The position numbers and the translations under genes are program-made. A DNA stretch of 64,000 nt from a bacterium (GTDB lineage Bacteria; UBA8248): the NCBI GenBank assembly GCA_965213685.1, contig CBDBZY010000064.1:192001-256000 (forward strand), written 5' to 3'. The notes beneath the pieces are model-generated. The model did not search any database and was not told the DNA's origin. It worked only from the letters and a program-made list of their open reading frames with translations. This document shows positions 1-11,351 of this stretch, in pieces. Each line of letters starts with the position of its first letter. Position 1 is the stretch's first letter.

Positions 1-107
1 AACTGGGGCGGTGGGTTGAAGATCTTTTATGGCGCCAACTCTCCCCACACACCCAAGTGCTGTCTTGAGCTCACATATACACAGACACAGACATGAACAC
101 CAAAAAC

Positions 108-325
108 AGCCTCAAGGCTTAGAAAAATAGCTCAGAGCAATTTAACACACCACAGCCTCTAGGCTTAAAAAATAACTTTGACATACAGTAGCCTCTAAGC
201 TTAGAAAAATCTAAATTGAAAAACAACTAGAACAGCCTCAAGGCTTAGAAAAATAGATTTAACACACCACAGCCTCTAGGCTTAGAGAATAACTCTCACA
301 TACAGTAGCCTCTAAGCTTAGAAAA
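108..325. repeat. Array of six AGCC-N4-(G/A)GCT-TAGAAAA mini-hairpin units with variable spacers in the PLE 3' region
   Basis: Units start at 108, 154, 190, 234, 271 and 307; spacers suggest a duplicated trimer. Confidence 0.8.
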
Positions 326-568
326 GTAGAAACCTTCTACAAAACTACAAGTACACAATATATACACAAAATTATGTACAGTAAAAAGAAAGTAACCATG
401 AAGACACTGCTCACCTTTAAACAATCTGCTAGCAGCAGCAAATGCTCACAAATGAGCCCTTGAGGTCCTGTCATACGGTTTGGTTACTATCTCCACTATA
501 ATCCATACATCCCACTTACAAGCTTACAAGGTCAAGGTTGTGATATGTACATGTACATGTAAACAGGA

Positions 569-1162
569 TTACGAACGTAGACAGACGTTACGGCTCAAGA
601 AACCATCATTGGCTGGCAAGCAAATTCCCTCTTCGGTGTGTTTACGTACACTGTACCCAAATTTAAAGAAAATACTTGCATGTGATTTTGTAAACCTTTT
701 AAATGCCACACATAGTCCTGAGTACCAAAACCCCTGTCTAATGAGTTTTTGTGTAAGCTTGTAGTGCCTTTCTTTAAACTGTACAAAAGTACTACATATT
801 CTACCAATACGTACTAGTTGGGAAATATATACTCCATACGCTGGTTTAGCAGGGATATTTGAGCTCAAATGAGGGAAATTTATAACGTCAAATTGAAAAC
901 TATCCCTTTTGTCATAAACCGTAGTAGAGTATTTCCCATTGTTTATTGTAATAAGTACATCTAAGTACGACAATGTCGTGGGACTCTCTGTAGTATTTTT
1001 AAGCTGAAGTTCTGGGGGACATATGTCAGCAATTGCCCTTTCAAACCACCTGTTGTTAAGCGTCAGCAAATCATCGATATATCTCATTGTGTTATTAAAC
1101 TGCTTTGCCAATATTATGTTGTTCTTTAGTAGGGTCTTCATGTACCCATACTCATAATAAAA
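569..1162 (-). pseudogene. PLE reverse transcriptase C-terminal half (YIDD and thumb)
   Basis: FYYEYGYM..RYIDDLL..SYLDV..VYDKRDSF..YGVYISQLVR. Removing 1163-3480 restores in-frame LANLFL-FYYEY. Confidence 0.9.
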
Positions 1163-3480
1163 AAGTATGAAAAACATTTTCAAAAAATGTATAGGGATGT
1201 AGGGATGGCCGTGCCAAACACTACAGAAACTAGGTGTAGGGATGGCAGTGTGCAGGGAAGACATGTTATACAAAGACTACACAACTAACCCCATCCCTAC
1301 ATCTATTTTTTTTATATCTGAAATCATTCTGCGAGTTATGCTACAAGATTACTGGGAAGAGCAATTTTTGAGCCAAAAAAAAGATGTAGGGATGGGGTTA
1401 GTTGTGTAGTCTTTGTATAACATGTCTTCCCTGCACACTGCCATCCCTACACCTAGTTTCTGTAGTTTTTGGCACGGCCATCCCTACATCCCTATACATT
1501 TTTTGAAAATGTTTTTCATACTTGTTTGCATCCCTTTTTTTGCACAGGGGTACCATTAAAAAGTATTTTTCTTGCCACTGAAGCTTCTTTCAGAGTCCAG
1601 CAAACAAATCAGTGGTCATAACAGCCATTGCTAAGGCGGGTAGGGAGGGGCTTGAACACCATCATTTCTGAAGTTGGGGGCTGAGCCCCTCTAAAAATTC
1701 TTGAGCTAGAGTAGCTACATATGTACCTCACTGTATCTAACTGGCCAACTCATCCCCGCTACATAATAGTATAGTGAAGTAAGACGCTGTTCGAACGCGC
1801 CATCAGATATGAAGCAGCCTTTGCTATGTCTCGCGAACCTATAATTAATAGGCGTGGCTTCGCGAGGCCCGCCCTCACGTGCTTACCGTTTGCGCCACGT
1901 GACAGTAACTATTACAAAATGGTTTCCCAAATATGGGGAGTTGTCGGGGACTTCTAGTTTCTGCCCATTTGGGAACGTACTAAGAGTTTTATTAGCACAG
2001 ATCGTACTTGGTAGTGATTACAGTGGATCCGTGAAAGAACTACGGTGATTACTTCAGCCAGTTTTGAGATACGTTAGTCTAAAGAAATCTCTTAAGGGAG
2101 GGCGAGTCATGATTGCGTTCTTCGTCAATTACTCTACCGTCGCTTTCCCCCTACATTTACCAACGCTAAAACGACAGCAATTCTTTGGCGCGGTTGCAAA
2201 TTCGCTGGGAAAAATTCATATTTCCCGCTACCGTTGGACGTGCGGCGCTGTGTGGCGCCAACCGGTGAAGAGGTGGATGCTCGCCAAAGGGGAGTGAACT
2301 AGTTTATGCGCAATGGGTTGCTCGAATCTTGGCTTGCTTCTTTACGGCAGAATTTGCTACCGTTTTTCTAAATTCTGCAGCACGAAGAAAACGATTATAT
2401 GTCTAGAAAGAAAGATTTAGCACGGATTTTTAAAGCAAACTTAGATAGCCAACATGCTTAGTAGTCATCCACCGAAGTTTCGTCTCTGCAGCATTAGCCG
2501 TTATTGGCAAATGTTTTTTCTATAATTAGCGATATGCATATTGCGTAAATTTTATAATTCTATGAACCGACATATCACGCAAAACTATGTTATTTCGCTA
2601 ACAGGCATCATTAGGAGAATACAATAAAACATAAATCAGGCAAAATCATATCTTAGGGTCGTCCTGCCTTAAGGGAGGGCGAGTCATGATTGCGTTCTTC
2701 GTCAATTACTCTACCGTCGCTTTCCCCCTACATTTACCAACGCTAAAACGACAGCAATTCTTTGGCGCGGTTGCAAATTCGCTGGGAAAAATTCATATTT
2801 CCCGCTACCGTTGGACGTGCGGCGCTATGTGGCGCCAACCGGTGAAGAGGTGGATGCTCGCCAAAGGGGAGTGAACTAATTTATGCGCAATGGGTTGCTC
2901 GAGGCTTGGCTTGCTACTTTACGGCAGAATTTGCTACCATTTTTCTAAATTCTGCAGTACGAAGAAAACGATTATATGTCTAGAAAGAAAGATTTAGCAC
3001 GGATTTTTAAAGCAAACTTAGATAGCCAACATGCTTAGTAATCATCCACCGAAGTTTCGTCTCTGCAGCATTAGCCCGTATTGGCAAAATTTTTTTCTAT
3101 AATTAGCGATATGCATATTGCGTAACTTTTATAATTCTATGAACCGACATATCACGCAAAACTACGTTATTTCGCTAACAGGCATCATTAGGAGAATACA
3201 ATAAAAACAAATCAGGCAAAATCATGTCTTAGGGTCGTCCTGCCTTAAGAAGAAGAAGAAGAAGAATAGGAAGAAAGACAAAACGACCTTTGGAGAGTTT
3301 TCTGGTAGTAAGTCAAGGGATGCATTTTAGCTACTTGGGGGGTATTGTTGGGTAGAGAACCACTGGAATAGAATAGCTAGGGGTCCAGAAAGGCTTAGAA
3401 CGCGAGCGTTCGCGAGTTAAGAAAGCTTTCCTATGTACACGCACTATGGGCGTGTCGGCGCCATCCCTACATAGATCTGA
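1163..3480 (-). mobile_element. Non-autonomous Helitron-like element, subfamily A, with 3' fold-back 1163-1522
   Basis: Minus strand begins A|TCAGATCTATGTAGGGATGG and ends CATACTT; inserted in the RT codons without TSD; homologous to 14334-15588, 34788-37555 and 47776-49022. Confidence 0.8.
2096..3244 (+). mobile_element. Head-to-tail dimer of a ~573 bp TTAA-flanked non-autonomous DNA transposon (Kolobok-like)
   Basis: TTAA|GGGAGGGCGAGTC...GGGTCGTCCTGCC|TTAA twice (2096-2668, 2673-3244); single TTAA empty sites at ~15338 and ~48036. Confidence 0.75.
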
Positions 3481-5214
3481 TAAGAACAAGTTGGCTAGTA
3501 ATGGTGCACAATCTGTGCCCATAGGAATGCCCACACCTTGCCTATATACTCTATTCCCTACACTAATGTATATATTATCTATAAGGTATTCCACAAGTTT
3601 GATAAGAATCTCTTCTCTTATGCTGTATTTAGAAGACGATGTAGATGGAGTATCAGACCAAATTGCTGTACCTCTTTTATTGGCAATCAGGAAAACACTG
3701 TCTCTCACTCTATATGCTTCTTTAATGAGAGTAGTCAATGCATCTTTAAGAGATGTGTGTGGAATACTTGTATATAAAGTAGAAAAATCATAGCTATCAA
3801 AATGTTTGGCAGTAGAAAAATAATTAACATTATTTAAAGGTGAAAGGACCTGCTGGGAGTTATCAATAATCCAGAAGCAATTGACTCCTGTTCTGGAGTA
3901 AATACCGCTACAGTATTGTTTGAAGTGTGATACTACCTTACTCAAGCATGTAGTAAGTAGCTTTGACAGCTGCTTCATACTACATTTGTTAGAAGCAGCT
4001 ATGAATCTTGTGCCATACGGCTGTTTATGTAATTTAGGTAGCCAATAAAATGATGGCAAATGTCGAAAATCAGGTTCTACTTCAATTCTATTAATTGCCA
4101 TAAATTTCAGGAGGTCATTTACTACATTCATACAACCTCTAGCTTCACGATCATACGTACAAGTAGTTGTGAGCTCCTTGAGAACAACCTGTAGGTAGTA
4201 CCTTTTACACACTACTACAACATTGTTTGCTGCTTTGTCTGCTGGTACCAAAACATATTTAGACTGTAGCTCTTGCAAATAATCTAAATGCTTTCCAGGT
4301 TTCAGAACATGTTGCCTCCTTCTATTTATATGCTTTCTTCAGAGTAACCTGATTCGCTGTTCAATGCACTCATTAACCTTATGTTCCCATTCATTCAATA
4401 CTCTTAAATCTACCCTTTCCTTTCTTGACCACTCACGTTTGTATGATGCTACAGCCTCTCTACATATCTCCATATTTACTCTCCAATCAATGCCATTCTG
4501 TTCCCTATAAGATGGTCCCTTCATAATCAATGAGCGAAGTTTGGCCTCTCTAATAATATTCAGGTCACCCGTAACATGTCCAGCAGGCTCATAACAGTAT
4601 TTAGATGAAGAACATTCACAATGCATATCCTCAGTACCAACTTCAAAGTCCAATTCCTCCACTACTCTTTTGTGATTAAATAGCTTGCCTGAAATGGTTT
4701 TGGTATAACTCTTGGAGGTTTGCGATGGCTCAAAAAGGTAGGTACCGTATCCCTGACACACTTACTGTTGAGTATTTTAGGCAATTGTATCATTTCCATC
4801 CCTTTATTGTGGTACTGCACGATCATATATCTGGAATCCTTTTTCGAATATCTACCTCTACTATACGCATCATTTAAAGCCATATGCGAGGTTCCTTTCT
4901 TAAAGGCAATCAAATCCTTCACTAGTACCACAATGCGATGAGGTAAATCATGCACAGTAATCCACCTGTTAACAATATTCCATAATGCCTGCATGCACTT
5001 CCTAGGTAAACTGAGGACCAGACTCCTTAAACTAAAACAAAAACTGTAAGACTTATAATCTGATAACAAGGTCTCCAGTTGTACAGAAAAATCATCTAGA
5101 TCAATCTTTCTCCTACTCCTCTGTGGTTTACGTTTTCTGAACCTCCGTGGCTGTTTATTAAATAGTGCGTTCACAACTACTGCCTCCTTACATTTTGAAA
5201 TATTGCCAACCTTT
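3481..5214 (-). pseudogene. PLE linker and N-terminal half of reverse transcriptase; frameshift near 4710, in-frame TGA at 4339-4341
   Basis: ORFs 4662..5276, 4339..4761 and 3331..4278; PLE RT motifs up to GIPMGTDCAPLLANLFL, where the Helitron-like insertion begins. Confidence 0.9.
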
Positions 5215-6200
5215 CTGACGTTATCATTAAGACCATATGGGTAAATAGTACAAAGCTCCAAGCCCGTAGGCAGCAAATGGAGTGGGTGGGTGCTTTCTTT
5301 GATTAAGTGGACCTTATGAAATAAGGCTATTAAACTTTACTCATTCAGAGAATGTTATATAATTATGTCAGTTCAAGTACTATAATACCGATGATATACA
5401 CTTTTCAAAGGTGGTGTACACTTAAAACAAAAAAAACCTGTTAAGTATCGTACACACAGACGTATATATGAGCAATGACTCCAATTCAAGCATCGTTTGT
5501 TCACGTACCCACACAGTACAGTAAGCGTGAGCTAGCCGTATTCCGTGAACGTGCATGCGTGAGCGAAAGGGGGAGGGGAGGAAGAGAAAATTGTGCATGA
5601 GCGTTCATCGAATACGGTCTGCATCTGGTTCACGAGACTAACATGTGGGCAAACATATTACTCACTTCTTTGAAAGTAGGCATGACACGCTCGCTCCGCA
5701 CGCATCAACGCTGAGTTATGCAACAACGTACATTAACTAAGAATGATCAAGGTGGACCTCTGTGCAAACGGGGTGGGTGCGTACGCACCCTACGCACCCC
5801 CCCTGCCTACGGGCTTGAAGCTTCTACACCAAAAGTCCTCTCTCTCCAATCTTTTAGTGCTTAAACTATTCCTGTCACTAGATGTAATTTCTTCAATAGG
5901 CATAATAAGAATATCATCTTCACAATGGCCATCTGAACTAAAATGTTTGTACAGGTCAACTTTCTCAGCCGATTTCTATGATTATTCAACCTACTCCTCA
6001 ATTTCTGACTAGTTTCACCCACATATTGAACACCACACCTCTTACATGAAATGAGGTATATAACATTAGCCGTGTCACAATTCATTGAAGAGTTGGAACT
6101 GGTAACAGCATAACTCTTCTGTGTAACATTACTCACAAAAGTACTCCCTTGAGACACATGCCTACAAGTCTTACAACGTGAAGAACCACAAGTACAAACA
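5215..6200 (-). pseudogene. GIY-YIG endonuclease domain of the PLE ORF; frameshift near 5955, split by MITE 5259-5817
   Basis: ORF 5861..6481 gives CKTC..NVIYLISCKRCGVQYVGETSQKLRSRLNNH; the shifted frame continues LYKHF..MPIEEI..RLEREDFWCR and, after the MITE, ELCTIYPYGLND. Confidence 0.88.
5259..5817. mobile_element. MITE with CAAGCCCGTAGGCAG terminal inverted repeats
   Basis: TIRs at both ends; imperfect 6-bp TSD AAGCTC/AAGCTT; interrupts the GIY-YIG at CR|ELC. Confidence 0.8.
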
Positions 6201-6683
6201 GTACAAACAGCACAATCTACTGTATTGGTCTGTGTATGAATATCAGTTGTATCCCGTCCTGTATCAACAGGCTTTAAGGAAACAGCATTATTAGCACAAA
6301 CCGTGACATACAAACGGGTTGAGACTGCCTCTAAAGGACCCAGTCCAAGGTCCACCACCTTGGTTTGCCGGGCTAGCAGCCGCCCCCTATTAAACGACGT
6401 GAAGGCTGATGTGACTATAATGAAGAAAGAAGAAGAGGAAGAAAAGAAGAAAGACAAAAAGACAGAAAGGCAAGGTCCCAAAGAGCTATAAATGGAACGT
6501 GCATGGAGCCGCGACCAGGGTATGACACTGGTACTACTGCTTCCCCATACATCCTAGCTCCACAGCACCCAGAGAAAAAGCCAGTGAAAGCTAAAGCATA
6601 AAATATGCTTGATTCTAGTTTCAACACAGTACAGCCTGCCAGGGTAATAAAACCACCAAGCACAGGTCTGAATGTTGAAAGTA

Positions 6684-7000
6684 TACATGAAATAACATGT
6701 GCATAGCACACCAGCTAGAAAGAGTCAAAGAAAGTTAAAAGAAAGGTGAATTAAGGCCATAACCCCCTATACGTATACATGTAACACAATGAGCACAAGA
6801 CACCTGGATGCCCAGCCTTGAGAACTGGGGCGGTGGGTTGAAGATCTTTTATTGCGCCAACTCTCCCCACACACCCAAGTGCTGTCTTGAACTCACATAT
6901 ACACAGACACAGACATGAACAACAAAAACAGCTTCAAGGCTTTGAAAAATAGCTCAGAGCAATTTAACACACCACAGCCTCTAGGCTTAGAAAATAACTT
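6684..7000 (-). repeat. PLE terminal direct repeat (pseudo-LTR); further copies at 7681-8078 and inverted at ~30603-31010
   Basis: Near-identical sequence at 1-178, 6823-7000 and ~7820-7990; 6684-6822 is shared with 7681-7819. Confidence 0.85.
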
Positions 7001-8718
7001 CAATAGTTCACTAAAATGTATTCTGTTCTTGCAAGCTTCTTTCAGAATCCCTCGAACAAATCATAACAGCCACTGCTACCCATCAGGAACAGAGTAGAAA
7101 GGGGCTTAACCCGAAGGAGCTTGACCACCATCACGCCATTTTGAAGTTGGGGGGCTGAGCCCCTCCAAATAGTCCTGAGCTAGAGTGACTACTTCACTAC
7201 ATGTATGTAACTGGCTAACTCATACCCGCTACATTAACGTTTTTGTACAATAGAAAGACGTTGCTCAAACCTCTCTCAAATCAGCGACAATGCCAGCCTA
7301 AAATTAATAGGCGTGGCTTCGCGAGGCCGTTCTCGCTAGGTGCAGAGAAAAAGCCGCACCCGAAATTACAGGTCCAACCCTTACGTCACTGTGGTGCTGT
7401 AATTCAAGGAAAGGAATGTTGTGAAGACAAAGAGGAATACAATTGACCTTATGCAGTGAAATGAATACACTAAGTCTCTTGAACAGAGATCCAGTTACAG
7501 TGACAGTTGAATAATCACTGACCAGGTGAAAAAGGCGTCCAGCGTGAGAGTAGAACCAAGGTGTGGTGACAGTAAGCAAGAATTCGATGCTACACTCCTA
7601 GCATGCTAGCAGCCCTTGGGAGTAGGCTGGACCCTGCCATGTTTACCTCTCTTTCGATACTCTTAGCCATCCTCATTTAGTACATGAAATAACATGTGCA
7701 TAGCACACCAGCTAGAAAGAGTCAAAGAAAGTTAAAAGAAAGGTAAATTAAGGCCATAACCCCCTATACATATACATGTAACACAATGAGCACAAGACAC
7801 CTGGATGCCCAGCCTTGAGAACTGGGGCGGTGGGTTGAAGATCTTTTATGGCGCCAACTCTCCAAGTGCTGTCTTGAACTCACATATACACAGACACAGA
7901 CATGAACAACAAAAACAGCCTCAAGACTTAGAAAAATAGCTCAGAGCAATTTAACACACCACAGCCTCTAGGCTTAGAAAATAACTTTGACATACAGTAG
8001 CCTCTAAGCTTAGAAAAATCTAAATTGGAAAACAACTAGAACAGCCTCAAGGTTTAGAAAAATAAATTTAACACACCAGCGTATACTGCGCATTGCGCAG
8101 CATTGCGCGATATCAAGTGACCCTCGATGGGCTGGTATAGTACAGTACTAGTACTTGACTTGCTTACTACGTAATTTTCATTACTGCGCTTGCGTTGTTT
8201 GTTCTAAAACGGCAGTTACTACACAGGAGGTTGGAAGCGGCGACGAAATCATGCGACTTAAATCCCACACATAAACAATAATTATTACTATACCGTCAAT
8301 GAGCATATTTAGCATATATACCAGTCGAGTTGGTAGGTTTGTGAAAGCGCTCCTGTAGCTATGCGTGTCAGGCAGGTATCGTCGCTATCTTCTACACTGG
8401 CCCTAGGCGCTACCTGTTTACATTGCTGAAGCTCTGTCGTGCGTTGTGCCGTAACTCGCCAATTACGCAACTGAGATGACCATAGCAAGGTTAAGATCAC
8501 GCTTTTTTTTGCTATGTACACATAAACGTAGCCTTACTGTGGGCTGTATAAGCATGGGACATACATACAAACGTATCCTTACTGTTGATTTCTCCTGTCT
8601 CAGCTCAGCTTAGTTTAAGAAATGGGCAGTCTCCATAGTGTATGTTCCAGGTGGTAGAGTGCTGTTCACTGAGTGACACCATTACCCCTATTGTGTGGGC
8701 AGGGCCATTACCTCAGTA

Positions 8719-8894
8719 CAGTGAAACCTCTGTATAGTGTTCACTCTGTAAAGCAGCCACCTCATTATTACAGCCACCTACTCAGGTCACTTGGGATATA
8801 ATGCCCAATATTTACACCTCTATTAAACAGCCACCTCTCTATTACAGCTACAAATTTATGGCCCATAGGTGACCACTCTAGGGAGGTTCCACTG
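8719..8894. mobile_element. Tc1/mariner-pogo-like MITE
   Basis: TA|CAGTGAAACCTC...GAGGTTCCACTG. Confidence 0.65.
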
Positions 8895-8993
8895 CAATGG
8901 CTTAAAACTGTGCACAAAACCTGCTGGTTGGCAAAAAGTGCATGGAGTGCTAGTCAGCTAGTACTAGTGTATCGCCTTGTCAGTGGCAGCACC

Positions 8994-9198
8994 ATGAGTA
9001 ATGGTTATGTCAACCCATTGGACTACCAGGCCAGGAAGAGATACTATGAAAAGCTGGAAACTGTTGGCCTGTCTCTTAATGTTGAACCATATAGTGCTAG
9101 TGATAGATTCCATTCTGACACGACCCTTTGGCCAAAGATCGAATACAGTTTAATACATTTCAGGCCTGGCACCTACGTTCAGGAACAACTTCTCTCAT
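8994..9198 (+). pseudogene. N-terminal fragment of a transposon accessory protein (ISL2EU/Harbinger-group YqaJ-exonuclease type)
   Basis: Y..L...ARKRYYEKL..VG..PY..D..LWPKIEY..RPGTYVQEQLLS, resuming as WKQMEA after the insertion at 9199-9985; family recalled from motif only. Confidence 0.5.
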
Positions 9199-9985
9199 AT
9201 CCCGGGTGAAAAATCAGCTGTCGGTACGCGCTATAACGTGCAATTATCCGACAAAAAATCTCGCGTTAGTCCATAGTTTTCCGCGGCTACACTAGAAACA
9301 ACGCCAAGACTACACGTTAAAATACGCGTCATACCGCTGCCAAACGCACTGTACTTCTCCGTGAAATGGCTTTATAACGCGTTTTTGTGTAGCGGAGTGC
9401 AACTACAACCTTCACGCTAGTGCACGCGAGAGAGCCCAGCCTAGCCGCATTGAGGTGTGCGATCGCCGTCATAATACCAGTGAACGTTCGTGACCTCACG
9501 CGCTCGCATGCGCACTGCCATGTTCAAAATGTTATGGATAAGCTATGTAGTATTTGTTATGTTGTATATACACACAATTAAGTAGAGTGCGTGAAGTCAT
9601 GAAGTCGCATCTGACATCTGGACGTGGGTTTCTATGGAAAAGTTCTGCTTTGCAGGCGCCACTTTCATGCGTAATACAAACGTAGCGGTTGCTGCGGTCC
9701 GGCATGCACGCTCATGTGCATGCCGTACTTTCTAGAGGAGTAATGCTGGGCTAGTAATAGATTCATATTTAGAGATAGCAGCTCTATGAGCTAGCCCCTC
9801 CCCATCGCAGGGGTAAAAGTCGCACAGTCGCCGTTAAACAGCGTCGAGTAGAGCGCTGTTATATCGCGGTTTTTGTACTTGAAGCGATACAATATGTAGC
9901 AAATCGTGTTTTCATGACATCACGCGTGATTTTGCGCTATACGCGTTTTTTTGGAGTGAATGACGACAACCTTTTCACCCGGGAT
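9199..9985. mobile_element. TIR element ATCCCGGGTGAAAA...TTTTCACCCGGGAT
   Basis: Perfect 14-bp inverted termini interrupting the preceding coding fragment. Confidence 0.7.
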
Positions 9986-10744
9986 GGAAGCAGATGGAAG
10001 CACCCAGCTGGATTCAAAAACGTGCGTGACAAGTCCACTGACTGAGGACTGAGCACACCAGCGTCAGCTGTTGGACAGGAAGAACACTATAGCTAACACA
10101 GTGCAACTATCAGAAAACTCTAATCTATGTCTATTCCTCACTCACGATGTTTCTGTTATATTCTCTCTTCAAGAGAGGAGGTTACCGCCATACAGTCGGT
10201 CAGGAACGTGTTTATACACAGCACGGTTGTTACTAAAACCCAGGATGGGACGGGGTGAATCCGAGACATCCCGTCCCGTCCGTACGCGTATGATAGCCAC
10301 GCTGGCGGCAGTTAGGCACTCCTGGCACGTATCTACTACGGACTCTACAAGTGCTTCGGCAGGACATGTAGCTACTACGGACTCTACAAGTGCTTCGTCG
10401 CATCATACCTTTACACTGTATCTTTGCAAATTTCACAGTTCATGACAAGACTGTGCAAATATTACTTTCACAAAAACGACAAAACCTCTTGCGAAGACCT
10501 ACACAAGATGCATGAAACCGTTCCATACAAGTGTCACATTCAATCATGGCGCAAGCATTTTTCGTAGTATGGTACAGTCTGCTTCCCTTTCGTCACCCTG
10601 AAATAATGTCAAACTCTTCTCAATGGGCATAATGTACACGGCTTGGGCAATCACGTGACCGCTTCCAACCTCCTCTGGTTACTACAAGTACACCAGGCCT
10701 GACTCAGCAACACGAATGCCCTATGACATGTCAGACTCTTAGTG

Positions 10745-11040
10745 AGACACATGATAACCCCTCAATCGACAAAGTGGTTAATAAAGTCTGGGGCAACCAA
10801 ACCCAGCCCAGCCTGGTTATGTATGAGGGAGGAAAAACTCACTGCCGTATCATCTGAGTGATGGAAAGAAAGTGGAAGAAAAAGTGGACTCCTGCAGGAC
10901 CTGAACCCACAAATCTCAGCTTTATATGCTGACATTCTACCGACTGAGTCAGAACTAAAGAGCCCAGCCAGCAGGCAGGCTGTTTGTTTGTCATGTTTGT
11001 TTTCCCCCCTCATACACCAACCAGGGGTTATCATGTGTCT
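10745..11040 (-). mobile_element. tRNA-derived (SINE-like) core 10885-10964 enclosed by inverted repeats AGACACATGATAACCCC
   Basis: A-box-like CTCAGTCGGTAGA, B-box-like GGTTCAGGTCC, CCA then pyrimidine tract; 17-bp inverted termini; mirror copy at 29702-29997. Confidence 0.65.
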
Positions 11041-11094
11041 ATACTTTTAAAAAAACAGACCCTTAATGGGTCTCCTGCTTCAGCCACTGCCCCT

Positions 11095-11351
11095 CAGACT
11101 AACTAGGCTAGGCTAGGTTGGTTGCCCTAGACTTTAACAACCATCTTGTCTGTTGGGGCAGCAGGGAGCTTCATTGCAGATCGGCAGAGACTGTTGTCAG
11201 GATATGGTATCGACTTTGCCTGCTGTCAGAAGTCGGAAGAGCGTCAGCATATAGAAAACTGAGAGTCCTAGGTTCGAGTCCCACAAGAGTCCACTTTTTC
11301 TTCCACTTTCTTTCTCTTAGAGAGTCTAACTGATGAGACTAGTGTGGGCTA
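11095..11351 (+). mobile_element. Second copy of the same tRNA-derived family (core 11231-11293), followed by a possible half hammerhead motif
   Basis: AGTCGGAAGAGCGTCAG..GGTTCGAGTCCCACAAGAGTCCA, the same CTTTTTCTTCCACTTTC tail, then CTGATGA-GACTAG-TGTGGG-CTA; mirror at ~29391-29647. Confidence 0.55.

Larger units (their letters stand above)
1..7000 (-). mobile_element. Penelope-like retroelement with N-terminal GIY-YIG endonuclease (Naiad-type), decayed, carrying two nested insertions; 3' end runs off the window
   Basis: Minus-strand order: CGSSRCKTC, GIY-YIG (NVIYLISC..QYVGET), CEC..GHVTGDL linker, RT (VPADK, YWLPKLHK, FDSYDFSTLYT, GIPMGTDCAPLLANLFL, RYIDD), thumb (YGVYISQLVR). Positions 1-178 are repeated directly at 6823-7000. 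Confidence 0.9.
8222..10677. mobile_element. Non-autonomous TIR element with 7-bp TSD (P/Galileo-like by TSD length); short version at 30067-30459
   Basis: GTTACTA|CACAGGAGGTTGGAAGCGG...CCGCTTCCAACCTCCTCTG|GTTACTA. Confidence 0.8.

Noticed and set aside
108-325. Repeat-spacer array as a CRISPR
   Set aside because: Eukaryotic context, repeats too short, spacers duplicated within the array, no cas genes.
1163-1273. N-terminus of ORF 569..1273 and similar short ORFs at 34712, 40212-40813 and 48788-49099
   Set aside because: Chance read-through of the non-coding fold-back arms.
2064-2874. Recurrent ORF MIAFFVNYSTVAFPLHLPTLKRQQ (also 36650 and 18828)
   Set aside because: It recurs only because it lies inside the TTAA element, and the frame is broken between copies.
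4339-4341. In-frame TGA in the Naiad-type ORF as selenocysteine (some Naiads are reported to encode selenoproteins)
   Set aside because: The context RLL*RKH is a basic stretch, not a Cys position; CGA>TGA decay in an already disrupted copy is simpler, and no SECIS was recognised. Revisit only if other copies conserve it.
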